From Dimorphilus gyrociliatus (taxonomy: Eukaryota > Animalia > Annelida), in contig CAJFCJ010000024.1 in assembly GCA_904063045.1 (NCBI GenBank), positions 739,777 to 803,776 of the forward strand: 64,000 nt of DNA, written 5' to 3'. Below, one piece after another: positions 13,786 to 26,397 of the stretch (position 1 is its first letter; the number at the start of each line of letters is the position of its first letter). The position numbers and the translations under genes were made by a program. Under the pieces are notes generated by a model. The model saw nothing but the letters and a program-made list of their open reading frames with translations, was not told the DNA's origin and searched no databases.

Positions 13786-14097
13786 CTAACCTCTAACGCA
13801 AATACTTCTTTCCGTTGCGTACGAATTACTTCCCAAATTAGGTCTACACTCCAGACTTTTTTCACAAGGTGCTCTTAAACCGCAATATTCTCCTTCTTTT
13901 CTCCCACAAACTTTACAACAACTGCAGATATCTTGTGAAATCGGTTCGCAATCGTCCGGTAATTTTGGACAGCTCTCTGGCTGACATTTAGGTGCATCTG
14001 GACAAAAATATTGCCTGTACACGTCCTCATCCGACGAGTAAGCCGTAGCGGCGAAAAGAACGCCGAAATAGAAGAGAATAAGGATGCGCGGCGTCAT
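13786..14097 (-). CDS. Secreted IGFBP N-terminal domain protein (single-domain SIBD-like, or first exon of a larger gene)
   Basis: Signal peptide plus 12 Cys including ICSCCKVC (a GCGCCxxC variant) and GEYCG..PCEKSLEC. A possible phase-1 donor (AGAG|GTTAGA) sits just before the stop. Confidence 0.85.
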   Translation of the reverse strand: MTPRILILFYFGVLFAATAYSSDEDVYRQYFCPDAPKCQPESCPKLPDDCEPISQDICSCCKVCGRKEGEYCGLRAPCEKSLECRPNLGSNSYATERSICVRG

Positions 14098-14122
14098 TTC
14101 TCAGAATGATAGACGTTTCCTA

Positions 14123-14135
14123 ACTAGGGGGCGCT
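14123..14135 (+). promoter_or_regulatory. CTCF-like motif ACTAGGGGGCGCT immediately 5' of the IGFBP-domain gene
   Basis: Close match to the CTCF core consensus CCAC/GYAGRKGGCRS. Confidence 0.5.
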
Positions 14136-16227
14136 TGGAGCACTGAATTATATTTCGACCATTCTTATAGTATTAATTATGGAGATCATCTCCTAAACAT
14201 TCTAACTATTCTAAATATAGTTTTATATTAACTAATCGTCGAATATCGCTTTTCGTCTTTTTACTATTTTTTGCGTTCCATATAAAGCTTTTTATTCTCT
14301 TTTTACAACTTTTCCTTTTCCGTTAATGAAGCAATATGAAGATAAACGAAGCCTCTTTAAGTTTAAAATATAACGTATTTAATATAAACTAGACATCTAA
14401 TAAGAAAATATTCTTGATAGCATTCTATTTTTATTATCGAAGATATTATCAACTTTCCTTCAGTAGATTCAAATCAGCAATAAAACCATTTTAGACCCTT
14501 TCTTGTTCGCATCCTAGAATCTTTCTTCTTACTCATCACTTTCAACCTTTCTTCTAGCGTGTGCGCTCTCCCAGCTCTCTCCCCCCTCATCTCTCTCTCT
14601 CTCTCTCTCTCACTCTCTCTTTGTCTGTCTCTTTCTGTTTCTATCGCTCTCCCCCTCTTTCCGTACGCTCCCCTATTATTTTTTCTCTTTTTCAATTAGA
14701 CTTTTTATACCTTAAAATTGCCTTATTTTAATTGCCTTAGTCTCTGCCTCTTCCCCTCTCCCCTTTTTTTTTATCTTCATATTTCTTGTTACCTTAATAT
14801 AGAAATTTTTCCCCCTTTGAGCCAAACCTTATAGGAATTTTCTGGTTGTAAAAGATAATAAAGATAATATGATAAGTACTCCCTTATAGGATAACAATGT
14901 ATTATAAATTAGAGGGATAGGTTTATGTGTTGCTCTCCAAGTTATAATTAATTTTATTCTTAGTCAAAATACAAACTACGCAATTGACTAAAGCGCCACA
15001 AAGTGTGAGCGAGCAAAAGAAATACCATAGATTAATTAAGGTTAAAAGACTTTTTTTATTGTATCGTGTATTCATTGAGCATATAGATAATGACTTATTA
15101 AAATATAAGGTATATCTTGGCTCTGTGTCGCTTATATAAAAAGCATAATCATGCACGTTTTATAGTCAATTAAATAAGATAATAATTAAGATATAAATTT
15201 ATGGAATCTATCTATTTGTATTAAAACATTATACATATTAATATATACAGTATAAAGAACATATAGTTCATATAGTTATATATTGATGCTCGATGGAGTT
15301 TCGTTGAATTATAAAGAGGAATGGTTTTGTGCGGTATTACAAAAAAGAGCAGTTTTTCAAACAATGAAATATAAAACCAAAAGAAGTTGCTTGTTTATTT
15401 AAAGAAAAGAAGAAAAAAAGTTATTAACACTAATTTACATAGAAACAATAGCCTTGCTACAATTAAAAAGACTCTAAAATTTCGGCTTAAGATAATGCTA
15501 AAAGTGTGACATATAAAGAAAAGTTAGTATGAACTACTTCTTTTGTATCACATGAGGTTACACACGTTATGTGTGTACGTTAGAGGGCAATAAGTTCGTT
15601 TATTGAAAGGTCACGGAATTTATTAATTATTAATCAGTGGGAGGCAGAGTGAAAGGAGTTTTTTTCCCTTAGATACTATTCTATGAAACTGGGGAGTTAA
15701 TAGAGCTGACATAGCGTTGGCTAATTTCTAAATTATTTCTTTACAAAATTTATAACGTCATGTACTGACCAATAATCGTTATATTCTTCCAACTAAACTA
15801 ACTAGAAATGAACAAGCTTTTCATATCTATTTACAGCGCATTGTATTTGAAATATACCATTTATAGATATTAATTATTCTACTCTTACCATTTATTATAT
15901 AAGCAAACCAGAAAAAATTCTCTTTTTTCCCTTTTATAAAACATTATAAAATGATTTCATTTCTTTTAATATGAACTTTTCTGCTACAACTTTCCAATTT
16001 CTTAAGACTAATTTCTTAGGTTATTTTGACGAGAATTGATATAGAAATATATTGAGAGACCTTACAAATATTTCTCTTTTATAGCTCCAATACTTTGAGT
16101 TATTAATACGAACGAAAATATATTTATATCAAAGAAATCAGTGTCAAAAAAAAGAGTTTGTAATGATATTTAACTAAACATACGTCATATTTCTTTGTTC
16201 GTATAGAGAATATAGTTCTATAATATA

Positions 16228-16261
<34 letters not shown>

Positions 16262-17506
16262 CATGTTCATATGTAGTATATACTGTATAAAATTTATATA
16301 CATGTATATAATCATGTATAAAAAAGATACATCTAGTCTGGTAATTAACTAGTTAATTTTAAATATCTATACTTTTAAGGTACTTTGCGTTAACTATGCC
16401 ATTTTTCAAATTAAATTAAGTTAAATGAACGTTCTGGTTTCAACGTAATTTTTTTCTTCCTTGAAGGTTTTAAAGTATATTGATTGTTACGAAAAATATG
16501 GAAGAAGAAGTATATTTCAAAGAGTAACTCAATTAAGTTGCTGTATGTAAAAGGAGGAACATTAGTACCTGTTTCTTTTGATACAATCTTTTTTCTATAA
16601 ACTCATTGTTAATATATTTAATATTTAGAATCTTAAGTAAAAAATAATATTTTAAGTGACGGTTGAAAAGCCTAATATCCATTTTTTATAAAATCGGACA
16701 AACGATTTAGTTTATCATGAGAATAATATAAAAAATAGATGACTTTTTTCTCTCTTCGTGTCTTTCAACCAATCTTTCTCTCTCTCTCTCTCTCTCTAAT
16801 GTCACAATCTTTTCCTCTCTCATATAGATCGTAAATTATCTTTTTTCTACTTTAATCTTTAAACAATAGTGATTTTATTTAAAAAATTGCGCCTTCTGTT
16901 AAGTTCTCTCTCCAAAAACAGCACACTCCAATGATACACCCACACATGTGTATGACCGCTTTATCTTTTACAAAGAAGAACTTAAACAATACTATAATAC
17001 GCATGAATGTTAAATAAAAGAAACTGATATAACTGACTAATTTATTAAAATATTAAATGCATGACTACTTAATTCATTAAAATAATGAATTATGTCCAAC
17101 GTTTAGGTAAATTTTTATAAATAAATATATACAATCTTAGTAAATATTTTATAACAATTTTTATGGTTTAAAATAACAGGATGACGCATACAAACTCTAT
17201 TCGGTTCTTAAGATACGTAAGACAAATATTTTGTAAATATTTGACATCTCTCTACTCTGAATACAAATTAAAAAAGAAGCAAAACTTTTATTTCAATAGG
17301 AGAGGAAAGGTTTCTTTTTTAAGTTTTATTAATTTAATAGCAATGAGGAATATTTTAATATCAATTTTTAAAGAATTTAAGACAAGCTGGAAGAGATAGT
17401 AGAAAGTAGGTAATACTTTTATATGTTTACTCCATGTAGATTCCTTTTCAAAATAGTAGAAAAGAGTCTTTTCATGAGATTTATATTTATATATCTATAA
17501 ATATAT

Positions 17507-20500
17507 TCATTTAAAATATATGAAAAGGAAAAGTAACACTCCTATGAGAGCTATTGCTAATGTATTCAATAAATACTTTTCCCATTTCTTTTCTTTTAAG
17601 CGTTCCTTACGATCTTCTATTGTTTCTTTTTGAATTCTATTCGATGATTTAGGAAGTAAGCATAACTTGCTTAAAACAATTGCTGATGTTTTTCCTCTTT
17701 TCCCTCTAATGCTTTCCTCTTCTATCCCATTACCTTCATCCGAATTTTTCTCTGTAAATAATATCTCATCCTCTATCGGATCTTTATTTCTGTGGAAATA
17801 TGTTAATCCGTACAACTGCAAGATAGGTAAAAAGTATATTAGTTTTCTTATAGTTTTCTTGTTTTGGAGCCTTAATTTCTGTTATTAATTATTTAAAAAT
17901 TTCTTTCAACGAACGTGCTTCTTTTCTGGCTTTTCAGATAGTAATCCTATAATAGCGATAACAATTAGACCGAGTATTGTTTGAAATCCAGCAAAGTAGT
18001 AAGGATGGATTAGTCTAAGGAATCCTGGTCTAATATCAGCTTTTCCGCACCCAGGAGCATCGTAGATGGTGTCCAATGTAAATCTTATTAGTCCAAGGGT
18101 AGATGAGATGAAAATTGCCCAAAAGGCACCCTAAAGTAGAAAAAAAATAGAAATTGTACACTTAAGGTTAAGCCTGGAGTGAATATTAAACAAAAGTTAC
18201 CTGTTCGTTTGATCGTGTAAAGAACATAGCTCCAAGGAAGACAGCCGTCAATGGTGCGCCAAAATATCCAACAACTGTTAAAAGATACCTCACCATATGA
18301 CCTCCACTACTAAAGTTCATAATTGGTATCCATAAAGTTCCTATTATGGTTATAATGATCACAGATATTCTACCAGCAATAAGAAATTCCCTTTCGGATG
18401 CGTTTGATCGTATTCTCCCCCAAATATCTAAAGCTATCACTGTAGCTACGCTATTAAAAATAGATGTTACAGAACTAACGACAGCAGATAGCATTCCAGC
18501 CAGCATAAGACCACGAAGAAAACCTGAAGGGAGTATCGAAAATGCTATTTTCGGATAGGCGTAATTCGAACATCCCAGTGCCTGCCCACAAGCGTTTTTA
18601 CAAGCCTCAGGTGTTGAACATCCAATTATATCTTTAGAATGTAAAAGACGAATAATTATATTAAAAGTACATTTAATTATACTTACCAGGATATAATACT
18701 CTACTCATCATTCCCGGAATAATAATAAGAAGGAATGGTGAAAGTTTTAAAAAACCAGCCAGAATTGTTCCTCCCTTCGCATTACTAAGATTTTTAGCAG
18801 CCAACGCTCTTTGGACTATTATCTGATTCGAACACCAATAAAATAAACCACCAAATATAGTCCTAATCATTATAGCTCCAGCCGGAAATGGCGATTCTAG
18901 ATCTTTTCTATAAAGGCTTAACGAGTTTTTTGGAGGGATGGAACAAGAGTTAGTTAAATTGGAATAGCTTAAGTCAGTATATTTTCTATAAAGTTCTGAT
19001 ATACCACCAATCTTTCTTAAGCCAATAATAGCTGTAATAAAAGAGCCAGCAATCATAATTAGTACTTGAACGGTATCTGTGTAAATTACGCTTTTCAATC
19101 CACCTTTAAACACATAAAGATACATTCGTCAGTTTATGATATAAAACCATTGTATTAAATAAGTTACAACACCTATTACTGTATAAATCATCGAAACAAT
19201 CAAAATAAGAATTATCCAACCGTACATATTACCCCCCAAAGCAGATTGAAAGAATAAGCTTCCGCTAAGAAGATCAGCCTTTATGAGTAATACAAATATA
19301 TTGACACTAATAAGAAACATTTATTCTCCTAATATAATAAGAAACTGACTGGTAGGAATGCTACAGCACTGCTTATTAGGAAAATTAGACTTAACATTAA
19401 GCGTAACCGATTTCCTCCGTATCTCTTTGATAAGTATTCAGGTAGTGTAGACACCTATAAATAGTTAAATTAAGTAGTTGGATTAGAAATGAGATCACAA
19501 GTAGCTTTTATATATGATTTGATTTATGCTATTCTATTTATGTATTTTACCAACACTTGACATTATGTAAACTGGCATAAACACCCAGCCAAGAACCAGT
19601 AATAAAAGCGCTGCCTGTTTCAAATGTACATTACAGTGTGAATTGTCATGTGTTCAATCAATTCAATACAAACTATCCATTCAAATAATATTATTACTAT
19701 TCCTGTAGATGCTGCAGCTCCACCCATACCAATAAAATGTTCACTACTAATATTACTTCCAAAAAGTGAAAATGCCACCTATTATTTTTTAATTAATATT
19801 GATGATTAGTTTGCATTATTACCTATACAGTATATGAATTTCTATTGAACTTACCGCCCACCAAGGTAACTTTCGCCCCGCCAGAAAGTATCCTTGAACA
19901 TTTTTTTTATTTGATTTGAAGCTTGTCTGAAATAGAACACTATTAAATACGTTAAAAGTTCAAATATTATATTTTCCTATTCAAATACAATTTAACTGTT
20001 ATGTTTCGTAAGTTGAAGAAATTCTGCACCGTTCAATTCTATTTTTGAATTTATTACTATTTACATACATTATTACAGACATTCTAGATTAAACTATTCA
20101 ATTTTCCTTAAATTTCCAACTACAATTTACATATTTATCTCAATTTGTACCTTCTTTTTGTATAAATTAAATTTAAGTTATTAATATTTGTACTAATATT
20201 AATTAGAAATTAAAAACAATAAAGTTAAATAAATGAAAATACAAAGAAATGAAACAAACTATCGGTTATTTTCTTTTTCAAATATCTTCATTGTTTATAG
20301 TTAGTGTTATATTACATCTTTTTACTAGATACTTGTTTAGTATCATTGTTAAAATATACTGTTACTTATATATGCTATTATATATGTATTTATATATATA
20401 TATATATATTTAAGAATACTGTATACTATACCCATAAACAAACGCAAAATGTAATGATAAAATATCCAACAAGTGCTAAGTAATCCCCAATTAAAAATTC

Positions 20501-20512
20501 GGGTTTTTCCAT
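17507..20512 (-). CDS. Sodium/solute symporter, SLC5A (SGLT/SMIT-like) family, multi-exon
   Basis: Motifs GYFLAGRKLPWWA, SNISSEHFIG, FEW, LPEYLSKRYGG, GGLKSVIYTDTVQ, YWCSNQIIVQRALAAK and LRGLMLAGMLSAVVSS; C-terminal TM. ATG at 20512. Confidence 0.92.
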
Positions 20513-20988
20513 TGTGAATTTGAATAGGAAGGTGACAAATTTGTGTCTGAATAACCTACCTAATGGTGGCGCAACTGAGGTATTTTTTGTTTATTTTTAA
20601 ATGAATTAGTACTTAAGTTTCTCAATGAATGTATACATTTTCAAATAGATATATGCTGAATAAACAATCTTTTGTCCAATATAAATACTATTCTTTTATT
20701 GTTTATTAATTTCTTATCTTAAACTTCTATTGTAAAAGTTAAGAATCTTCGTATATTACTTTACTATTCCCATGCTGTATATTCATACTTTTTCAAGCTT
20801 TTCCATGAAAAACTGTTTATTTTGTTTGAAAAGTGCAAAATATCAATCTATTCCAAATATGAACTATTATTATTTTCATAGTATTTTCTATTGCTATTTA
20901 TTTTTAAGTCAGTTTCTAGATTAAGTGTGAAAAGGAAAAAAGATTCTATTCCCGCTAGTTTTCTACTAACGCCACCTTCTAAGTTATT

Positions 20989-20996
20989 ACTTCCGG
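20989..20996 (+). promoter_or_regulatory. ETS/GABP-like ACTTCCGG in the divergent SLC5A-AAAS promoter
   Basis: Motif match about 200 bp upstream of the AAAS ATG. The same motif occurs at 61348-61355 upstream of NDUFS1. Confidence 0.4.
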
Positions 20997-21198
20997 TCTA
21001 TTTTAACCGGTAATCTTTTGGAAAAAAACTTCTACTAATTATACTAGAATTTTGGTCGGCTTTAAAGAATTGACTGATTAAAGAACTTATTTATTATTAA
21101 GTGAAAATTTAGTATAAATTAGCAAATAAGTAAACTTTGTGATCTATTGTAAGACGTAAAGAAGTCTACTTTTCGTGCAGAACGCTTTAATCGTAATC

Positions 21199-23421
21199 AT
21201 GCAAGACCGTAAAACTGTTTCAATATGTTCACTTAAGCAATTTCCTCCTCCGGCCGGTGAAGACTATGTTACGATTTACGAAAAGGGTGGAAGTCTATTC
21301 CATGAGCCACTAGCAGAGGCAATTAATTATGGCAAAGTTAGTAAAAATAATCAATATTTACATCCAAAATTTCATATTCTCTCTTTGCAACAGAGTCTAC
21401 GTTTTCCTCAAGTTAATATCAGTCAAGAATTATCAAGACCATCAATGTCTAGAGAAAGTGCTAAAAGCGCCTTTCTAGACTGTGGAGGCAAACCTTCCCT
21501 GACGCAAATATGGTATTAGAAATTTGCATTTTAACACACGTACGATATGTTCTTTTTTTTTTTAGGCAAGAAGATGGCCTTCATGGAATCATTAGTTCAG
21601 TTCTTGAAGATCATCCGGAAAATTCCAGTAAAATAATATATTTTTCTATTGAATCAGTAAATTATTACCATTTTTCTGTTTTAGAATTGAAATCTTATAT
21701 TAAAAAATCTATAGAATGTCTTTTATCCTACATCTCAAATTCGCCGGTAAGACTTTAACATAAATGATATATTTTAACATTATGCATATTACTTTGTAGA
21801 TAGCAAATGATCGACTTTTGTCTAAAATATCTACAAATAACAATTGGAAAAGTGGCAGTGTTAGATGTTTAGATTGGCATACTTTCGCTGACAAACTTGC
21901 TATATGTTTTAAAGATGATACTATTAAAATATATTCCTGTCAGACAAAAGTTATATCTGTTACTCCTCTACTTAAACATAATAAGCAAGTAAATGTTTGT
22001 AAGATTGCTTGGCGTCCATACATCGCTTCCGTGCTTGCTGTTGGATGCGAAAATGGTATCCTTATTTGGAAAATAGATCCAACAAGTCTTGCCTCCAGAC
22101 CAACGAACATGGAACTCCTCGAAGGTCATAAACCCATTTGCGACATCGTTTGGCATCCATATGGAAATTTACTTGCTTCAGCGTCACCAATTGATAATTC
22201 TGTAATGGTATGGGACGTTGAATTAGGACGTCGAGAGCCTCTTAAAAGGTTTTTTAAATTAATATAATAGCTGAAAACTTTTTTCTATTTAACCTAATCT
22301 TTTCATTTAAAATCTAGATTTGGCGGTGGGGTATCGCTGTTAAGGTGGTCAGACGATGGATCAAGACTCCTATCATCTTATACTTCAAGCCTCTTCAGGT
22401 AAGATTCGATTGGACAAAAATAATTAATACCTTTAAATATTTGAAATGTAAAAAACAAATAGAATTAAAGATTTATCTTTAATCTACTGTATTTATATAG
22501 TAAAATGTTTGTCTATCTCACACTAATGATAGCCATTGTATAATGTATGTGTGTGTGTGTTGAATTATTATTGAAATCCCCATATAATAGGTTTTTTTTA
22601 TTTTTTTGTCCATCCAGAGTTTGGGATACGCAAACATGGCAATACGAAAAATGGAGTTTATCAGGAAGAGGAAGTATGACTGTAAGAAAATTTTAATGCT
22701 TTTTATATATACGTATATTAGAATGAACTGGAATAGTAATAGCTTGTTCTTTTTTTCAATATTAGGCAGCCTGCTGGAATAAAAATCGTTTAATTTTTGC
22801 TAATGATTCTCAACCGTATTTACATTGCATTGTGTTTCATAATGCTGAGAATTGTACTAGCGAAATAGGAAGTATGCAATGTATAGACGTTACTACTTGT
22901 ACAACAAATACAATGTCTGGTGAAGAAGTTCGAGTTGGTGGTATAGTTAGAGATATAAAATGGACAAGTGAAAGATTAGCAGTACTTTTTAGAGAGACTT
23001 CCTTTGTAGCCCTCTTTTCTACTTCAACTAGACCATCATTTAGTGTTCTTCCAATGTATGTATTATATTACTTTCATTTGAATGTTACGCCGTAGTATCT
23101 GATAAAATTAACATAATCATTAAATTACTCCTTTTTAGTGGTTTCGTTAGAGGACCAAATAATTCAATTCCTATGTTGATTGATTTAAAGTCAAATAGCG
23201 GAAAAGGAATTATTTTAACAATGGTATAAAAATATAAATACTTGTTTTTGAAGATTTTTGAATAACTTAGTTTATTCAAGTTTCTCTTTCTTTTTTTTTC
23301 ACAGATATGGAGTGAAGACACATTGACTTACATACCTCTTTGTACATCCACTGAAGAAAATACAATTTACGAATCGTTTACCGAATTTGAACCGTCTGCA
23401 ATTTATTCAACAGTTATGTAA
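21199..23421 (+). CDS. AAAS: Aladin (WD40 nucleoporin), multi-exon
   Basis: CSLKQFPPP..VTIYE N-terminus; VRCLDWH..KLAICFKDDTIKIY; WRPYIASVLAVGCENGILIW; FGGGVSLLRWS; VRVGGIVRDIKW. Phases are consistent to the TAA at 23419-23421. Confidence 0.92.
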
Positions 23422-23534
23422 AATAGTTATATGCCTAAGTTTTAGATAAAAATTTTACTACTCTAAAAGAAAGTTTCAGAAAGAGAAAAATAAAAGCTGC
23501 TGACGATGACAATTTATAATTTCATATCTTCAAA

Positions 23535-25422
23535 TTAGTTTCCTATTGTATGCTCAACTGATGCATAAGTATGTACACTGTTTGAATCATTGATTTCTCC
23601 TATCTTTTGACTTTCATTTTCATTACGCTTTCCCAAACGGATTTTTCTGACTTTCACCGGTTGTTCCAATTCTTGTTGAACTTCACACTCTATAGAATTT
23701 CTCTCCCAAACGTCATGATCCGAATCGGAGTCAAGGGGCTGGGGAACGAATGTTGGAGTAACCGCTCGTGGTGTCTTTTTTGCTTGATCTTCGAAAGTAA
23801 CCGATTTTTCAGGTTTTACAGTCCTATAAGTATTCATATAGTCTTTGAGGAAATATAAACTAGATAATCTAAACTCACGTCGTAGGTTGAAAAGGATTAT
23901 AATGTGGTAATGCTTTTTGTTCACGCTTTTTCCTTCGTATTTTCATGTTTTGCAACCTAACAGCAATACCCTTATCGGAACTATCTAATCCTTCATCCAA
24001 GTAATACTTTATATAGTATGAGCTGTTCAGTATAGAGCCAACGTGCTTTGTATAATTCTGAACTCTGCCATATTCCACATAATCCGGAATGCTAGATGAA
24101 AAGTAAATAATAATTTTGTTAATATTTAATTTAGATAAATTATAATATAGGCTTATTAAATACCTTCGATCCGGTCTGTACCTGTGAATTTTCTCGACTT
24201 TCTCTAGCGAAGTTGCCTCCTGCAAATATTTATACCTTCTTTAATTGTCTTGTTAAACAAATACTATTCAGTTGCATATAGGCTTAATAGTCATTGCCTC
24301 AAAATAAAAACACAGTGATAAGGGGTTATTTAACAAGCTATATTGAAAAATCTTAAGTAGGCGTGATAATTGACATTCGTATACTTAAAAAATGATCATA
24401 ATTAAAAAAAAAACAACAACAACAACAATAGAAGAATAAAAAATAGGCTTTTTGTTTTTTATTTCTTTTTTTCACCTCATTATTTTTTTACTAATGTTTC
24501 TTTTTCTCCAAAAATCAATTCTATTTAATTGTCTTTCTATGTTTCTAGAAATTATTTATTGACATTTATTTATTTATATTTTTATATTTTCATATAACAA
24601 TAGAAATATTCTAGTAGTTTTAAAATTTTTTATGAAAATATTCGTCTCTGGTCTACTATTAGAAATGGTTTGTATTAAACTCCGCCCCCTCAGTTTTAGT
24701 ACACCCACCTAAATAGATTTCTTTTTATTGTCTGTTAAAATCCGATTTTAAAAATTCTATGTATAATATCAATTATTTACTTACATATATTTTGTTAGCG
24801 GTTTCAATAAGTCTTCTCGCTTCTCCTCTACTCACGACTCTTCTTGAATTATCGATTAAAAGTGGATTGACAATTCTTGATCTCTTTGGTGATCTTTGTT
24901 TTTATTTTTTAATAAAAAAAAGGTGTGAAATTTTGTTATGTAAACGAATTATTCTCTTTCTTTATTACTTTGAACGACGAGATTTCGACCTAGGGAGTGT
25001 TACTCCTCCATCAACTAATTTTGTTTTAATAACTTTACAGGCCAATTCAAACGGTTCCTAGAAATTTACAAAAAGAATGATTCAATTATTGAATAGAACT
25101 TATTTATTTTATTATAAAAAGTAATATATAGAGAATTTCTATTGCATACCAATCTTGACTTTTGTCTGTATACTCCGTCCGGATCGAATTTCTTCTCTCT
25201 CCTTTCGCGATTCATATACGAATCTCTGTAGATAGACATAAATTGTAAAAGCAGGTTAATCTCTTGCTTCGTATAAGAGAATAATCCATTGTTAAAAACG
25301 TTAACATTAATCATCCCTTTGTTCTTATTCATAAATACGTTATTAAATATGATATTATTAAAGTCTTACAGTTTTTCATTTAAAAATTCGCTGACAGTTG
25401 GTATTCGTTCGTTAGGAAACAT
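23535..25422 (-). CDS. Uncharacterised 294-aa protein, 7 exons (25422-25370, 25225-25150, 25057-24969, 24893-24785, 24219-24164, 24091-23879, 23823-23535)
   Basis: All six introns are GT-AG and phase-consistent, giving a continuous ORF from MFPNERIPTVSEFLNEKL to SVEHTIGN. No recognised domain. Confidence 0.65.
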
Positions 25423-26397
25423 TTTGGAAAAATGATCGCATTCAAGTTACCAATGACGACGACACAGGCGCCGTCTACTAATAGTCTACCTGTGCTAGAT
25501 ATATTTTTTAAGAGAAATGTCCTATATATATATATATATATATGTAAATGAATTAACCGTTTTAATAATATCTGTAAAAAACAGTAGAAATAAAAGTTTA
25601 AACAGTAGCCTCTAAAGATGATACAATATGCAAATTTAGCATCGATTTTCATTGGAAAATTGGAATGAGCTTATATTAAAAATCGAAAGTATATCAATCG
25701 TAAAATTGATGGTTACCATGGAATTTTTTTTTACAAAATAACATATTGACGTATTATTACAATGAGTCTACATAGATATGCATGTGTATATGTGTTTACA
25801 AGATGCATTATGCATATACGTGTTTAGTACTCCTAAACAAAATAAATATTAAAAGTTTTTAATCTTCCTTATACTAAAAATAGTCTTAAACCAAGAAAAA
25901 TGAGACATTTTATCATCTAAATTCGTCTTTTATTTCTTTCCATTACTTTTTTTTAAAAAATAAAGAATAATTTCACATTTTGTTATATTACAAGAGTAAA
26001 GCAATATAAATATGATATTTTGCTTTATTAGATAATACAAATAAAATAGATATATTGTTATTATTATTTCTTAATCTTCAGCGGTTAGTTGTTTTTAAAT
26101 AATTAATGTATTTAAAAAAAATCCTTTCCTCACTTTAACTGCAATCTTTTTTTTCAATTAGTTTGCAGTATACTATAAATATATATATATATATATACTT
26201 TATATTTTTTAACAATGTATATATAATAATAATATTAAAGATTAATTAAGCATTTTTAAATGATGCTACTGTTATATTAGCATATTTTTCTTTTTCTATG
26301 AAATTCAAATGTGATGTTTTTTCTTCGGTTACGCAGAAAAAAAGGCTAAATAGTAGATGCATTTGTGAAAAAATTAGGCTATCCATAAAATATTCTA

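Noticed and set aside
14474-14695. Arg/Glu-rich ORF
   Set aside because: Translation of a (CT)n microsatellite. Other short AT-rich ORFs, and ORFs antisense to real exons (e.g. 5767, 18346, 27114, 59780), were dismissed likewise.
21223-21225. ATA at the position of the conserved AAAS initiator (MCSL), suggesting non-AUG initiation
   Set aside because: An in-frame ATG lies 8 codons upstream at 21199.
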